Origin: an uncultured Gemmatimonadales bacterium
GTDB lineage: Bacteria > Gemmatimonadota > Gemmatimonadetes > Longimicrobiales > RSA9
Direction of reading: 5' to 3'
DNA: 64,000 nt
Assembly: GCA_963798085.1 (NCBI GenBank)
Contig: CAWCRS010000007.1
Span: 896,001-960,000 of the forward strand
In this document: one piece after another, positions 31,201 through 39,935 of the stretch
Layout: each line of letters starts with the position of its first letter
Position numbering within the stretch: the first letter of the stretch is position 1
Notes under the pieces: generated by a model
Told to the model about the DNA's origin: nothing
Databases searched by the model: none
Seen by the model: the letters and a program-made list of their open reading frames with translations, nothing else
Program-made: the position numbers and the translations under genes

Positions 31201-31515
31201 TTTGAAGTCCTGCGTCACTTCCGTCACGCCCGGTGCCACCGTTGCTTCTACCGTCGCGTAACCCAGCTCTGTCGCTGCCAGCGTGAGCGTGCCCCGCGCA
31301 CGCGATGCCGGCAGCGTCATCTCGTAGTGGCCCTGCGGATCCGTTATCGTGCCCAGCAATGTGCCCTTCAGCGTCACACTCGCCGCCACCAGCGGCTTGC
31401 CCGCCTCATCGGTGACGTGACCACTGATGTGCACCGGCTCCTGAGCCTTCAGCGGCAGCGGAGCGAGACACAGCCCCGCCGCCGCCAGCGCCTTCAGTAC
31501 CTCCATGCATTTCAT
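28288..31515 (-). CDS. SusC/RagA family TonB-linked outer-membrane transporter
   Basis: N-terminal carboxypeptidase-regulatory-like domain, plug IRIRGAAS..QPLIVVDG, DIESVEILKGAAATAIYGSRAANGVVLITTK, EDASYVKLR, GIDPE; AGGAGG RBS. Confidence 0.95.
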   Translation of the reverse strand: MKCMEVLKALAAAGLCLAPLPLKAQEPVHISGHVTDEAGKPLVAASVTLKGTLLGTITDPQGHYEMTLPASRARGTLTLAATELGYATVEATVAPGVTEVTQDFKLAVEPLHLSEIVATGQGTATTRERLASAVSTVRSEDIQRSQEQNVVQALAGKAPGVEVTSSAGDPGAGSYIRIRGAASITGGTQPLIVVDGTPITNSSINTDLQDAPDNNGNGGATAGTVVTNRAADLNPNDIESVEILKGAAATAIYGSRAANGVVLITTKSGRPGATRASLTTTAGWTDVTSTVPLQRAFGQGDEGVFKSGNSFSWGPQLGTGTQTFDHANEIYQTGSQWNTNLSMSGGSERTTYYLSGSRLGMNGVIKGPQGYDRTTVRLKASHFLFDDLQITGNFAYTGSDGTFVQQGSNISGIQLGALRTPPDFNNLPYLDPQTGIQRTYRNPDPTSLTQGHGYDNPFWVAFQEPATSKVGRTFGNIALEYVPLSWLKLNYVIGNDYSSDDRVELFPKGSDAYLSGAIGRNTIIQNVFDSDLSATATGNVMNGVVGSLTVGQNLNETNLRRNGVNGTTVLQGTDETNFSVTNTGNEFRSRVRTDGYFGTGELTLGDQLTLDGTARWDGSSVFGNGTQRRFFYPGVGLAWTFTRLHALEHIPGLSFGKLRASWGVSGRQPPVFSNVTAFNTGSFVDGWVTNGLYSLYQGKEGVFTDPTLGNDQIKPERKREWEAGADLGLFDQRIGVSVTYYDRNTTDAILQVPVPSSTGYFSEYQNAAAWKNHGLETELDVDAVRSPNLAWNISAQWTRERSCVTDIAGAENLFLNGFTDPAAELVAPDPQTGCHPFGVLFGSDFIRYGRGSVDQNTGQAIDGTATASPGTIYVGADGYPQLDPQARVIGDPNPQWTASLRNTITLFGKLTLSGLVDVAHGMDMWNGTKGALTYFGTHASTLPYHGAGVTETYAAYSGQSVAGPGAGKQVAFNEDWFTSNIGSGFTGPASQFVEDASYVKLRDISLAYTFDLPVVQRIGFNSMDVTVAGRNLHTWSNYSGIDPESNLTGQSIGRGIDYFNNPQTRSLVLTLTLNR

Positions 31516-31540
31516 GGTTTCGTCCTCCTGCCAAAGACCT

Positions 31541-31582
31541 TGCCTCGCCATCGCAGCGCATGCGCCCTGCGACCGCGAGGCA
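31541..31582 (-). promoter_or_regulatory. Stem-loop in the SusC 5' leader
   Basis: TGCCTCGC/GCGAGGCA outer stem and TCGCAG/CTGCGA inner stem, about 12 nt upstream of the RBS. Confidence 0.4.
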
Positions 31583-32092
31583 GCACTGCCTGCCTGCTGT
31601 GGTGTGTACCCAAACGGTGGGATGCGACCTTACATCCGCATTACAGAGTGACGTCCGCACACGCGTCGCGTGAAACACGCGTGTTAGGAAGGTTGCAGAA
31701 GCACGCCGCAGAACGGCGACACCCCCGCCATCAGGGAAGGCGCCACACGATGCGGCGACCTGGCATCACGCCGGGGGCCGCCGCGCGCCGGGTCGTGATG
31801 ACAGCAGTGTTCGCATGCAAACGGCGGTGTTAGGCGCGGACGCGACCGCCGCAGGACGACACGCGTGCAGCGCCAGACCCGCGCCACGGGCTCGCACACA
31901 CCGCGGCGCCCACGCGGGCCACGCTCCTCGCGCACCGCGCCGCCGTGCGCCCGCCGCTCGGGCGCGCGCGGCTCGCGCACGACGGCCGGGCGCCAGCTGG
32001 TTTCCGCGCCCGCGCCAGCGGCAGTGGCCAGCGAGTCGGGGCCGCGCAAACGCCCACGCCGCGCAGGGCGAGGTGACGGCGCAAAGGTACCC

Positions 32093-32154
32093 TTGTATCA
32101 TCGCCCTTGACACAAAAAGGGCCTGTCTTTATTGTGTCAGTTGGCTCGATACAA
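32093..32154. promoter_or_regulatory. Two tandem palindromic operators (YtrA/GntR-like)
   Basis: TTGTATCA-N7-TGACACAA at 32093-32115 and TTGTGTCA-N7-CGATACAA at 32132-32154, an AT-rich island in GC-rich DNA directly before a GntR gene. Confidence 0.75.
32107..32135 (+). promoter_or_regulatory. Sigma70-type promoter
   Basis: TTGACA (32107-32112), 17-bp spacer, TATTGT (32130-32135); AAGGAG RBS and GTG start follow. Confidence 0.75.
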
Positions 32155-32163
32155 GGAGACAAC

Positions 32164-33090
32164 GTGAAGGCCTACAACTTCACCGATACCGTGCGGCGCG
32201 CGCTCGCCCTCGCCCGCGAAGAGTCCAGCAAGCTGCAGCACGACTTTGTCGGCACGGAGCACGTGCTGCTCGGACTCCTGGACCTGGGCACTGACCCGGC
32301 CATCCTGATCCTGGAACAGTGCGGCGGAAATCCGGCAGGAATCCGGGTCCAGGTGCTGGAATCGATCCGGAAAGGAAGGAGCACCATCGCATTGGCCGAG
32401 CTGCCCTACACGTCTCGCGCAAAGCGAGCGCTGGAATTCACAATGGAAGCTGCGGCAGAGCTGCGCGACGCGTATGTGGGTACGGAGCATCTGCTGCTCG
32501 GTCTGATCCGGGAAGAGAAGGGAGTCGCCGCGCAGGTGCTCGCGCATCAGGGCGTCACTGCGCAGGCCGTGCTCGACCGCATCAGGAAACGTCACCGGGC
32601 GGAGGCGGCCGCGGCGAGTGAGGGCACGGCCGAAGTTGCGGTCCAGGGCACACCAGTAGCGCGTGCAGCCGCGGACAATGTGTGGTTCCTCGAGATCGAC
32701 ACCACATCCGGCGGCGCCATCTACGAACAGATCATTGCGCGCATCGAGGAAGCCGTGGCCACGGGGCGGCTGCAGCCCGGTGAGCGTCTGCCGCCCGTGC
32801 GCGATCTCGCCGCGGAGCTGGGTGTCGCGCCGGGCACCGTGGCGCGTGCCTATACCGCACTGGAGAAGCGCAGTGTGCTGGAGACCGACGGCGCGCGTGG
32901 CACCCGTGTGGCGGAGCGCACGGCACCGGCCCAGGCGGGTGTGCATCAGAGCCGGCTGGCGGAACTAATGCGCCCCGTGGTGGTGGCCGGCTTTCACCTC
33001 GGCGCCGCCGCTACCCAGCTGCGTGCCGCGCTGGAGCAGGCCATGCGCGACATCTTCCGCCGGGAAGGCGACGACGCGGACAAACAGTGA
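32164..33090 (+). CDS. Clp N-terminal repeat domain fused to a GntR (YtrA-like) winged-helix transcriptional regulator
   Basis: Two Clp_N repeats (FTDTVRRALALAREE...VGTEHVLLGLL; YTSRAKRALE...YVGTEHLLLGLIRE), a linker, then IYEQIIARIEEAVATGRLQPGERLPPVRDLAAELGVAPGTVARAY and a short helical C-terminus; no AAA+ domain. Confidence 0.88.
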   Translation: MKAYNFTDTVRRALALAREESSKLQHDFVGTEHVLLGLLDLGTDPAILILEQCGGNPAGIRVQVLESIRKGRSTIALAELPYTSRAKRALEFTMEAAAELRDAYVGTEHLLLGLIREEKGVAAQVLAHQGVTAQAVLDRIRKRHRAEAAAASEGTAEVAVQGTPVARAAADNVWFLEIDTTSGGAIYEQIIARIEEAVATGRLQPGERLPPVRDLAAELGVAPGTVARAYTALEKRSVLETDGARGTRVAERTAPAQAGVHQSRLAELMRPVVVAGFHLGAAATQLRAALEQAMRDIFRREGDDADKQ

Positions 33091-33091
33091 G

Positions 33092-33964
33092 TTATCCACC
33101 GCCCAGGCGCTGCAGCGTCTGCTGCACCCGCCGGTTGTTGGGCTGTATCTCGAGCGTCTTCCTGTAGTAGTCCACCGCCTTCGCCGTATCGCCCCTGGCG
33201 AGGTATGTATCGCCCAGCGACATGGTCACGGTGCCTTCCTGCGGATAGAACTCGTAGTCCAGCTCCAGCATGCGGATCGCTTCAGCCTGTTTGCCGTCTA
33301 CGCTGAGCGAGCGGCCCAGGTCGATCAGTGGGAGCGGACTGAAGTCGAACACGTCGCGTCCATAGTACTGCTGCCGCAGTGTGCGATACTTCGCCACGGC
33401 CGAGTCCATGCCCTGTTCCGCGATGACGCCGCTCAGCACGGCCTGCACGGTCTGCGGCCGGTTCTGTCCGTGATGACAGGTCTGGCACGACACGCTGACA
33501 GGATGCTCCGGGCGCTCCGGCAGGTCGGGCAGGATGGTGCCGTTGATCTGCTGCACCATCTTCAGCATGAAGCGCGCGCGCTTCTTCTCCACCTTGTCGT
33601 CGGACTTGTAGTCCATGCGGTTGCCGCCGAAGCCGCCTCGTCCACGCCCGCCGCCGCCTGCGCGCCCGGCGGTGTCCGGCGGCGGTGGCGCAGCGTTGCC
33701 GGCGGCGCGCACGTGGCAGTACTCGCAGCGCACACCGAGCGCGCCGGTGAAGCCGCGCATCACGGTTTCCAGGCTGTCGCGCGAGATGTCCTTGGGCAGG
33801 ACCTGAAGGTTCTCGAACTTGTCGGGCACGCCACCCTGTGCCTGCAGTGTGCCGCGTGCCAGCAGTGAACAGGTCAGCGCCACGCCCGCGACCGTGCCGC
33901 CACGCAGGACGGCGCCGGACCACACTAACAGCCAGTTCGAGATTCCGCTGCCACTCTGCCGCAT
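33092..33964 (-). CDS. Diheme c-type cytochrome (reaction-centre cytochrome c-like family) with C-terminal TPR
   Basis: ENLQVLPKD, CEYCH, KKRARFMLKMVQQIN, CQTCH; TPR SLGDTYLARGDTAKAVDYYRKTLEIQPNN; true start may lie downstream. Confidence 0.8.
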   Translation of the reverse strand: MRQSGSGISNWLLVWSGAVLRGGTVAGVALTCSLLARGTLQAQGGVPDKFENLQVLPKDISRDSLETVMRGFTGALGVRCEYCHVRAAGNAAPPPPDTAGRAGGGGRGRGGFGGNRMDYKSDDKVEKKRARFMLKMVQQINGTILPDLPERPEHPVSVSCQTCHHGQNRPQTVQAVLSGVIAEQGMDSAVAKYRTLRQQYYGRDVFDFSPLPLIDLGRSLSVDGKQAEAIRMLELDYEFYPQEGTVTMSLGDTYLARGDTAKAVDYYRKTLEIQPNNRRVQQTLQRLGGG

Positions 33965-34155
33965 GGAGAGCCTCCCGGGTATGGTTCAGGCGACAATGCA
34001 GCCTCGGCTCTTCGTCGCCTCGATCTGTGTCCGGCTCGAGCGCCGCAACTTCCGGCGCTGCATGACGCCTGCACGCCTCGCCCGGTTACGGGGGGGCGAG
34101 GCGTGCAAGATACGGGAGTGCCGGCGTCACTGCACCATGGCCGCCGGCGGGTGCG

Positions 34156-36710
34156 TCACCACTGGAAAGGCCAGCCCAGCCAGAACATGGGTGGTTCGCC
34201 AATGGGCGCGCCGGGCGGTGCCACCTGTGTGGCAGCAGGGGCGTACGGTGTTCCGGGCCGCGCCAGGAAACGCTGGATGTCGCGGCTCACGAGCGCGAAG
34301 TGCGCCGCGTTCGGGTCGTCCGCGCGGGCCACCGCGTTGCCCAGGTCTGCCGCCTTGCGCTGCAGCCGCAGTGTAGCCACCGCCCGCACCTGTGGCATGT
34401 CGGCCGTGCTCGCGAGGCGCATCAGCTCATCGATCGCGACGCGCTGCACGGCACGCGCGATCTCGGCCTCGTACGGCGAGGCGGGTGTCGCGTTGAACGT
34501 GGCCGTGAACACCTGGTCGATTACTTCCTCGAGGCCTGGAATGGATGGGTCGAGCGCGTGCTGCTCGACAATGCGGGCCGCGCGGTCCGGCTGGAAAATG
34601 TCGGAGAGCACGAGCTGCGCGACCGTGACCGCAGGCGAGATGGCATCGAAGCCATCGCCGGTGTACCGCGGAAACATCTCGCGATGCGCGCCGTAGCCCG
34701 GCGGTCGTGGTGGAATCAGCCCCAGCACGCTGGTGGGCAGAGCCAGCGCCGAAGGCTGCAGCGTCGCCATGAGTGCGGTGAGCGCCGCCTGCTGCTCGCT
34801 GCCGGATGCAGGGCGCACGGGCTCGCGTCCGTCGCCGCGCATCGCGTAGATGTAGTGCAGCCCGCCCATCGTGGACGCGGCCGCGTCGATCTGGTAGCGG
34901 TGATACAGGTAGAGTGGCACCAGCGCTTCCTCGATCGTGGCCATGGGCGCGCCGCGCTTGATCGCGTTTTCGCCGAAGCGCGCCAGTGCATTGCGCCGGA
35001 TGTCCATCATGCGGTACAGCTCGGCCGCTGCATCCGTGCCGTTGGACCACTGGTCCACTCTGGGGTTGGCGGCCATATCCTGGTTGGTCAGGTAGCGGAT
35101 GTCGCGCTGCCATGCGTTGTCGAGTATGCGGTTCAGCGCGGCGGGCTCATTCGTGCCCTTCGGGAAGTCCTGATAACCCCAGGTTATGGAAACACTGTCC
35201 CACTCGCCGATGCCCGACTCGTAGACCTGGCTGTAGTCGAGCGTGCCATCGCTCTTCAGCGTCACCAGGGGCTGCGGGTAATCCATCACTGAGATGCGGC
35301 CCGCCTCGCTGTCGTAGTAGTTGTGGCCCAGCCCCAGCGTGTGCCCCACCTCGTGCGCGGCCAGCTGGCGGATGCGCGCCAGCGCCCACTGTGTCAGCTC
35401 CGGCGGTGTCTCGTCGCCATTCTTGTAAGGGGAGAGCAGGCTTTCCGCGATCAGGTAGTCCTGGCGCGCGCGCAGCGAGCCCAGCTCCACCACGCCTTTG
35501 ATGATCTCGCCTGTGCGCGGATCATCGACTGAGCCGCCGAAGCTCCAGCCGCGTGTCGAGCGATGCACCCAGTTGATCACGTTGTAGCGCGCATCCAGCG
35601 GGCTGATGCTGTCGGGTCGCAGCTCCACACGGAACGCGTTGCGGTAGCCGGCCGCTTCGAAAGCCTGGTTCCACCAGCGCGCGCCCTCCAGCAGCGCCGA
35701 GCGGATGGGCTCGGGCGCACCCGGATCGAGGTAGTAGATGATGGGCTTCACCGGATCGCTGACGCGTGCGCTCGGGTCCACCTTCTTCAGCCGGTGCCGG
35801 TTCGTGAAGCGCTTCGTCAGCGGTTCGCTGAGCGGCGAGGCGAAGTCGTCGTACGAATGTCGCCGAACCCCGAGCGCGGATCGAACGGGCGAGGCGTGTA
35901 GTTGCTGTCGGGCAGTTCAATGAAGGAGTGGTGCACCCGCAGGCTTGCCGCTTCCGGCGAGGCCGCGACATTGCCCACGCCCTCGAAGTACCCGCCGCCA
36001 CCGCCACCGCCGCCCCCCCCACCGCCACCGACATTGCCGGCCGCCGCGGGCTGGCGCACATAGGTGAGTTCCGCTTCTAACTCCGTGTTCCTGGGGAAGA
36101 CCTTCGTCATGGGCATGAAGATGCTGCTGCGGCTCGCCTCCAGGCGGTAGCTGCCGGGGCGCAGCCGCTGCGCCAGGTTGCCATCGTCGCGCAGCACGAA
36201 ATCGGTCATGTCCACGAGCACGCGGCCGCCACTCTCGGCTGCCACCGTGAAGCCCCACAGCACGGAGCGAGCGAAGGCGTCGCGCACCGCTCTGACTTCT
36301 GCGGGGTTCGTGCTGGTGGCGCGGAAGTCGTAGTTGGGCTGCACCATCAGCACCTTGGGCCCCACGCGCTGGAAGAACACAATGCGCGAACCCAGCAGTG
36401 CGCCGCGGTCCAGCCCGATGTCGTTGGAGCCCAGACCAGCCGCCAGTCCCGTGATGTAGAGCACCTCCGTGTCGAGGTGTGGGATCTCCATCCAGAGCTT
36501 GCCGGCGCTCTCCTCCCAGTAAAGCGGGAAGAAACCGGCGAGCTTCGTCATGCCCGCAGTTTTCGCCTCGATCGTAGGCGTGCGCTGGCGTGCCGCGAGC
36601 GGTTGCGCCCCCGGCCATGCGACAGCGGCGAGGACGAGTGCGGTGAGAAGGGGGCGGCGTCGTCGCCAGAAACCGGCGCCGTGGAGAGCACGAAGCGCAT
36701 GCGCGCGCAT
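34156..36710 (-). CDS. Zinc-dependent metalloprotease (DUF5117/DUF4953, EcxA-like), apparent -1 indel near 35856
   Basis: Signal peptide, VHHSFIELP, PIIYYLD, WWNQAFEAAG, DPRTGEIIKG, metzincin HEVGHTLGLGHN, Met-turn SVMDY. Confidence 0.88.
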
Positions 36711-36896
36711 GACACACCTCCGAGGATGTTCGGGTAGCGATCCGGCGCAGTGTACGCACGCCCGCCTGACCCGGCCAGCCGGACCGGGATCAGGCGCCGT
36801 TTCCGAACGTGACTCGCTCGGAACGAGGGCCGTCACGCACGTTGCGGATGCGTTTTCCGGCCGTTTCTGTGGCGGGTCGGCCGATTTTGTCCGGCG

Positions 36897-39374
36897 CTAT
36901 TTCGGATTGAGGACCTGCGGGGGGCTCTCAGCCGCGAGCTTCATGATCCGCTGGACCTCTCGCTCGTTGTCCCGCATTCGCGGCGGCGCCGCGGGCGAAG
37001 CCGGTGCAGCGGGACTGGCCGCCGCCACAACAACCGGAGAACGCGCGGCGGCACTGTCTTCCGCGGACAGCAATGGCAGCTCTTCAATGACAGGCATCAG
37101 GTAGGGTCTTGCTGGCGGTTTCCTCGGGCGGTCGGAATGCGCCGTCGGTGTGACGAGCTGCGCTGCCGTCGTGCGCCCCGCATTGATCGGTATGGCGGCG
37201 GCCGGCGCCAGCTCCGGGCGCAACGTCAGGGGCGCCGATTTCGCCACCGCCGCCGCTATCGCGGCAGCCGTTTCCTGCACATGGGGATGCAGGACGTCGC
37301 CGCGCGACTGGACTGGAGCTGCGAGGGCCGTCAATGCGTCTGCGAGCACCGTGTCGGATGTCTTGACCGCAGTCCGGCTCTCTGCCGAAGCGGGCGTGGG
37401 TGCCGTCGCAACGTGACGATCGGGTGCGCGGGCTGCACGCGCCGGCGCGATGGGATCGCGCTTCTGCCGGCCAGCGTGTATGGCGAGAGCGTCGTGTTTT
37501 CTGATCGAAACGCAGGCGTGATGCAGATGTCCCGCATCATCAGCGAATGCGACATGCGTCGCGTGTTCCGCACAACCCACGATGGGATCGCTCGCCAGTT
37601 CGAGTGTGCCGGACGAGCGGCGTTCCTGACTCACGTTCTCGCTGCTCCAGTCCCCGACCGGCGTCCAGCGGAAGAGAAGCAGGTTCTTCGACTGGCGCGC
37701 GAAGATGTGCAGGCTCCCGGCAGGGCCGGTTGCGATGACCGGAGCGCCCTCGATCCTGCCACCACTGCGAGCGGACATCTGCGCACGTATGACCGTTTCG
37801 CCGCCCGCCGCGCCATTCCGGCCGTACCAGAGGTGGATCAATCCACCCTCGGCCTCCCGGGCCGCGACGTGCACGGTGCCTTCGTCGTCGATGAGAGCGG
37901 ATAACCTGGAGACCGCAACAACGGGCTGGTCGTCCGTCGGAAAAGCGGCGCTGGTCAGGTCGATTCCCTTGCTGACCTGGTCCTCCGTCAGGCGAAACAG
38001 AAGCACCCTGCCGTCGTGCGACCGTATGACGGCGTTCAGCGCCCTGCCCGCCGCGTCGTACAGCGCGATGGGATCATCAGCCGCAGTAACGCGCTTTCCT
38101 CCAGCCAGGCGATCGCCGAGGTTCGATGCCATCCAGCCGTTCTTGTGATGCTCGCGCAGGTGCACGATGTCGCCGGCATCGGTACGACAGAACACATGGA
38201 GTTCGGCCCGCTCGACGAGTGCCGGTGTGCCCACGAAATTCGCCCTGCCGGCACTTCCTGCGTTTACGAGATCCGCTTTCCAGCGGCCCAGCGCGTTGCA
38301 TCGGTAGCGTACCAGCTGTCCGCGTCCGCAGCCCATCACGATGATCCCGGCGCGACCGGCGAGGACCGCCAGGTTGCTGTCGACGCGAAAGGCATCACCA
38401 ATGCGGCGCGATTGTGTGATGTTGCGCGCCCGCCAGCCGAGGACCGGAATACGGCGGACTTCCAGCACATCGCCGTTCGCTGAACGCGCCAGGATGCGTC
38501 GCGGCGCCACCAGGGTGACTCCACCTGCATCCGGCACCAGCGCTGTGCGTGCCGCCTTCTGCACGTCTTCCACCGACCACCGCTGCCGGCCGTCCCGTCG
38601 GACCTTCAACAGCCCGCCGCCTGTGTGCGCCGCGGCGAGCATGTCGACTGCACCGTCCGCCGCATCGGTTCCGAGCACGGACACGACAGCCCCGATCGGG
38701 AGCGTGTCGATGTCATCGGCCCTGTCCAGCGACAGCGCGGCCGGCTCGGCGCGATCGTATCGCACCATGAAGAAGGCACGGACCCGCTGTTCGCCCTCGA
38801 AACGCGCGTCCAGCGGACCGTAGCGGCCGGTTGAGAAGACCAGTCGCAGGTTGTCCTTCCCGGGCTGATCCGGATCGTAAACCAGAAGCGTTGCGCGCCG
38901 CGCACTGCGGTCGACGTCGTAACCCACCGCGAGGACCGCCTTGTTCGACGAAGGATTGGCGTGGCGTCCACTGGCGAGTACCAGGAAGAGCATCACTGGA
39001 GTGCCCGCGTCGAGGCTTCGTCGCGCCAGGCGCCAGTGTACGCGACTGCAGACTGTCAGGCTGGGACGACCTGGCAGTCCACGCTCGGGCAGGGATTGCC
39101 ATTCGACGAGTTGACTCCAGGGCGCCACGGCCAGCGCGTTCGCCTGCCGCATCACGAGTTCCTGATAGAGCGGATCCGCCGGCGCGGGTGGCTCGGCTGC
39201 GGTGGGTACTGGCCGGTCCGCCAGGTATCGATCGAGCGCGACCCAGGCCATCCCGGCGCCCAGCCCGAAGGAGGGCAGCATGGGTGCGCCCAGCCCGAAG
39301 GCAGTGCCGGGCACGCTGAACGCGTTCGGAAAACGGAAACCATTGACGGAGGGTCGGAATGCGTGTTTCGGCAT
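36897..39374 (-). CDS. Large hypothetical protein: degenerate papain-like N-terminal domain, beta-propeller-like repeats, low-complexity tail
   Basis: 825-aa ORF with GGGAG upstream; GFRFPNAF, GLGAGMA, NKAVLAVGY, VYDPD; repeats of W..N/D..G.P....HVF.R...G.L.H. Confidence 0.6.
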   Translation of the reverse strand: MPKHAFRPSVNGFRFPNAFSVPGTAFGLGAPMLPSFGLGAGMAWVALDRYLADRPVPTAAEPPAPADPLYQELVMRQANALAVAPWSQLVEWQSLPERGLPGRPSLTVCSRVHWRLARRSLDAGTPVMLFLVLASGRHANPSSNKAVLAVGYDVDRSARRATLLVYDPDQPGKDNLRLVFSTGRYGPLDARFEGEQRVRAFFMVRYDRAEPAALSLDRADDIDTLPIGAVVSVLGTDAADGAVDMLAAAHTGGGLLKVRRDGRQRWSVEDVQKAARTALVPDAGGVTLVAPRRILARSANGDVLEVRRIPVLGWRARNITQSRRIGDAFRVDSNLAVLAGRAGIIVMGCGRGQLVRYRCNALGRWKADLVNAGSAGRANFVGTPALVERAELHVFCRTDAGDIVHLREHHKNGWMASNLGDRLAGGKRVTAADDPIALYDAAGRALNAVIRSHDGRVLLFRLTEDQVSKGIDLTSAAFPTDDQPVVAVSRLSALIDDEGTVHVAAREAEGGLIHLWYGRNGAAGGETVIRAQMSARSGGRIEGAPVIATGPAGSLHIFARQSKNLLLFRWTPVGDWSSENVSQERRSSGTLELASDPIVGCAEHATHVAFADDAGHLHHACVSIRKHDALAIHAGRQKRDPIAPARAARAPDRHVATAPTPASAESRTAVKTSDTVLADALTALAAPVQSRGDVLHPHVQETAAAIAAAVAKSAPLTLRPELAPAAAIPINAGRTTAAQLVTPTAHSDRPRKPPARPYLMPVIEELPLLSAEDSAAARSPVVVAAASPAAPASPAAPPRMRDNEREVQRIMKLAAESPPQVLNPK

Positions 39375-39696
39375 ACACTCACTCCCAAATGCCTGTCAGC
39401 ACCTTGGGTCGGGGGGCCCGGTCACGGTTGGGGAGAGTACCGCGGGAGAGATCGCCGGGGGGCCGGCGAAGAGGGACGGGGTAGAAAAAGCTAATGAGCG
39501 CGCTGCTCGTCCGCAACCGGCCGAATGACTAACTCGTTGATACGACTGAAGAACGGCGTGGTCGCGCGTGCAGGGAGGAACGCGGCCCGCACGCGCGACC
39601 TCTCCAGCGATGGCAAAGAAATGCGCTGCGGCAGGAAAGAAATCGCAGGCGTCGCCGTCCCGGTCTGCCCGCGCGGAACTGTCCTTGCTTCTGCAA

Positions 39697-39725
39697 TTGA
39701 CCCATCTCGCACTCGCTCTTAAACT
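39697..39725 (+). promoter_or_regulatory. Sigma70 promoter of the tRNA gene
   Basis: TTGACC-N17-TAAACT, 14 bp before the tRNA 5' end. Confidence 0.7.
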
Positions 39726-39739
39726 TGGGATCCCGATCC

Positions 39740-39811
39740 GGCTGGGTAGCTCAATGGTAGAGCAGCGGAGTCATAATCCGTAGGTTGGGGGTTCGAGTCC
39801 CTCCCCAGCTA
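39740..39811 (+). tRNA. tRNA-Met (CAT), probably elongator; CCA not encoded
   Basis: Acceptor GGCTGGG/CCCAGCT, D arm GCTC-AATGGTA-GAGC, anticodon arm GCGGA-GTCATAA-TCCGT, T arm GGGGG-TTCGAGT-CCCTC, discriminator A. Confidence 0.92.
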
Positions 39812-39935
39812 TTCCCTTGTTGGCTCAACGATTTGCCGCCCGGCCGCCGTGTCGGGCGTCAGGCAGGTCCGATGCTGTGCGTCGAGCAGAGCCCAGACCG
39901 CTTGCACGTCCTCACGTTCGCTGTCACCTGAATCC

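Noticed and set aside
33092..33964. Evidence of phototrophy from the PufC-like cytochrome
   Set aside because: Only two hemes, a TPR fusion and no pufLM or bch genes. Such domains occur in non-phototrophs.
39740..39811. Initiator tRNA-fMet or tRNA-Ile2
   Set aside because: It lacks the C1:A72 mismatch and the three consecutive G-C anticodon-stem pairs of initiators. Overall it resembles elongator Met tRNAs, though Ile2 cannot be fully excluded without a covariance model.
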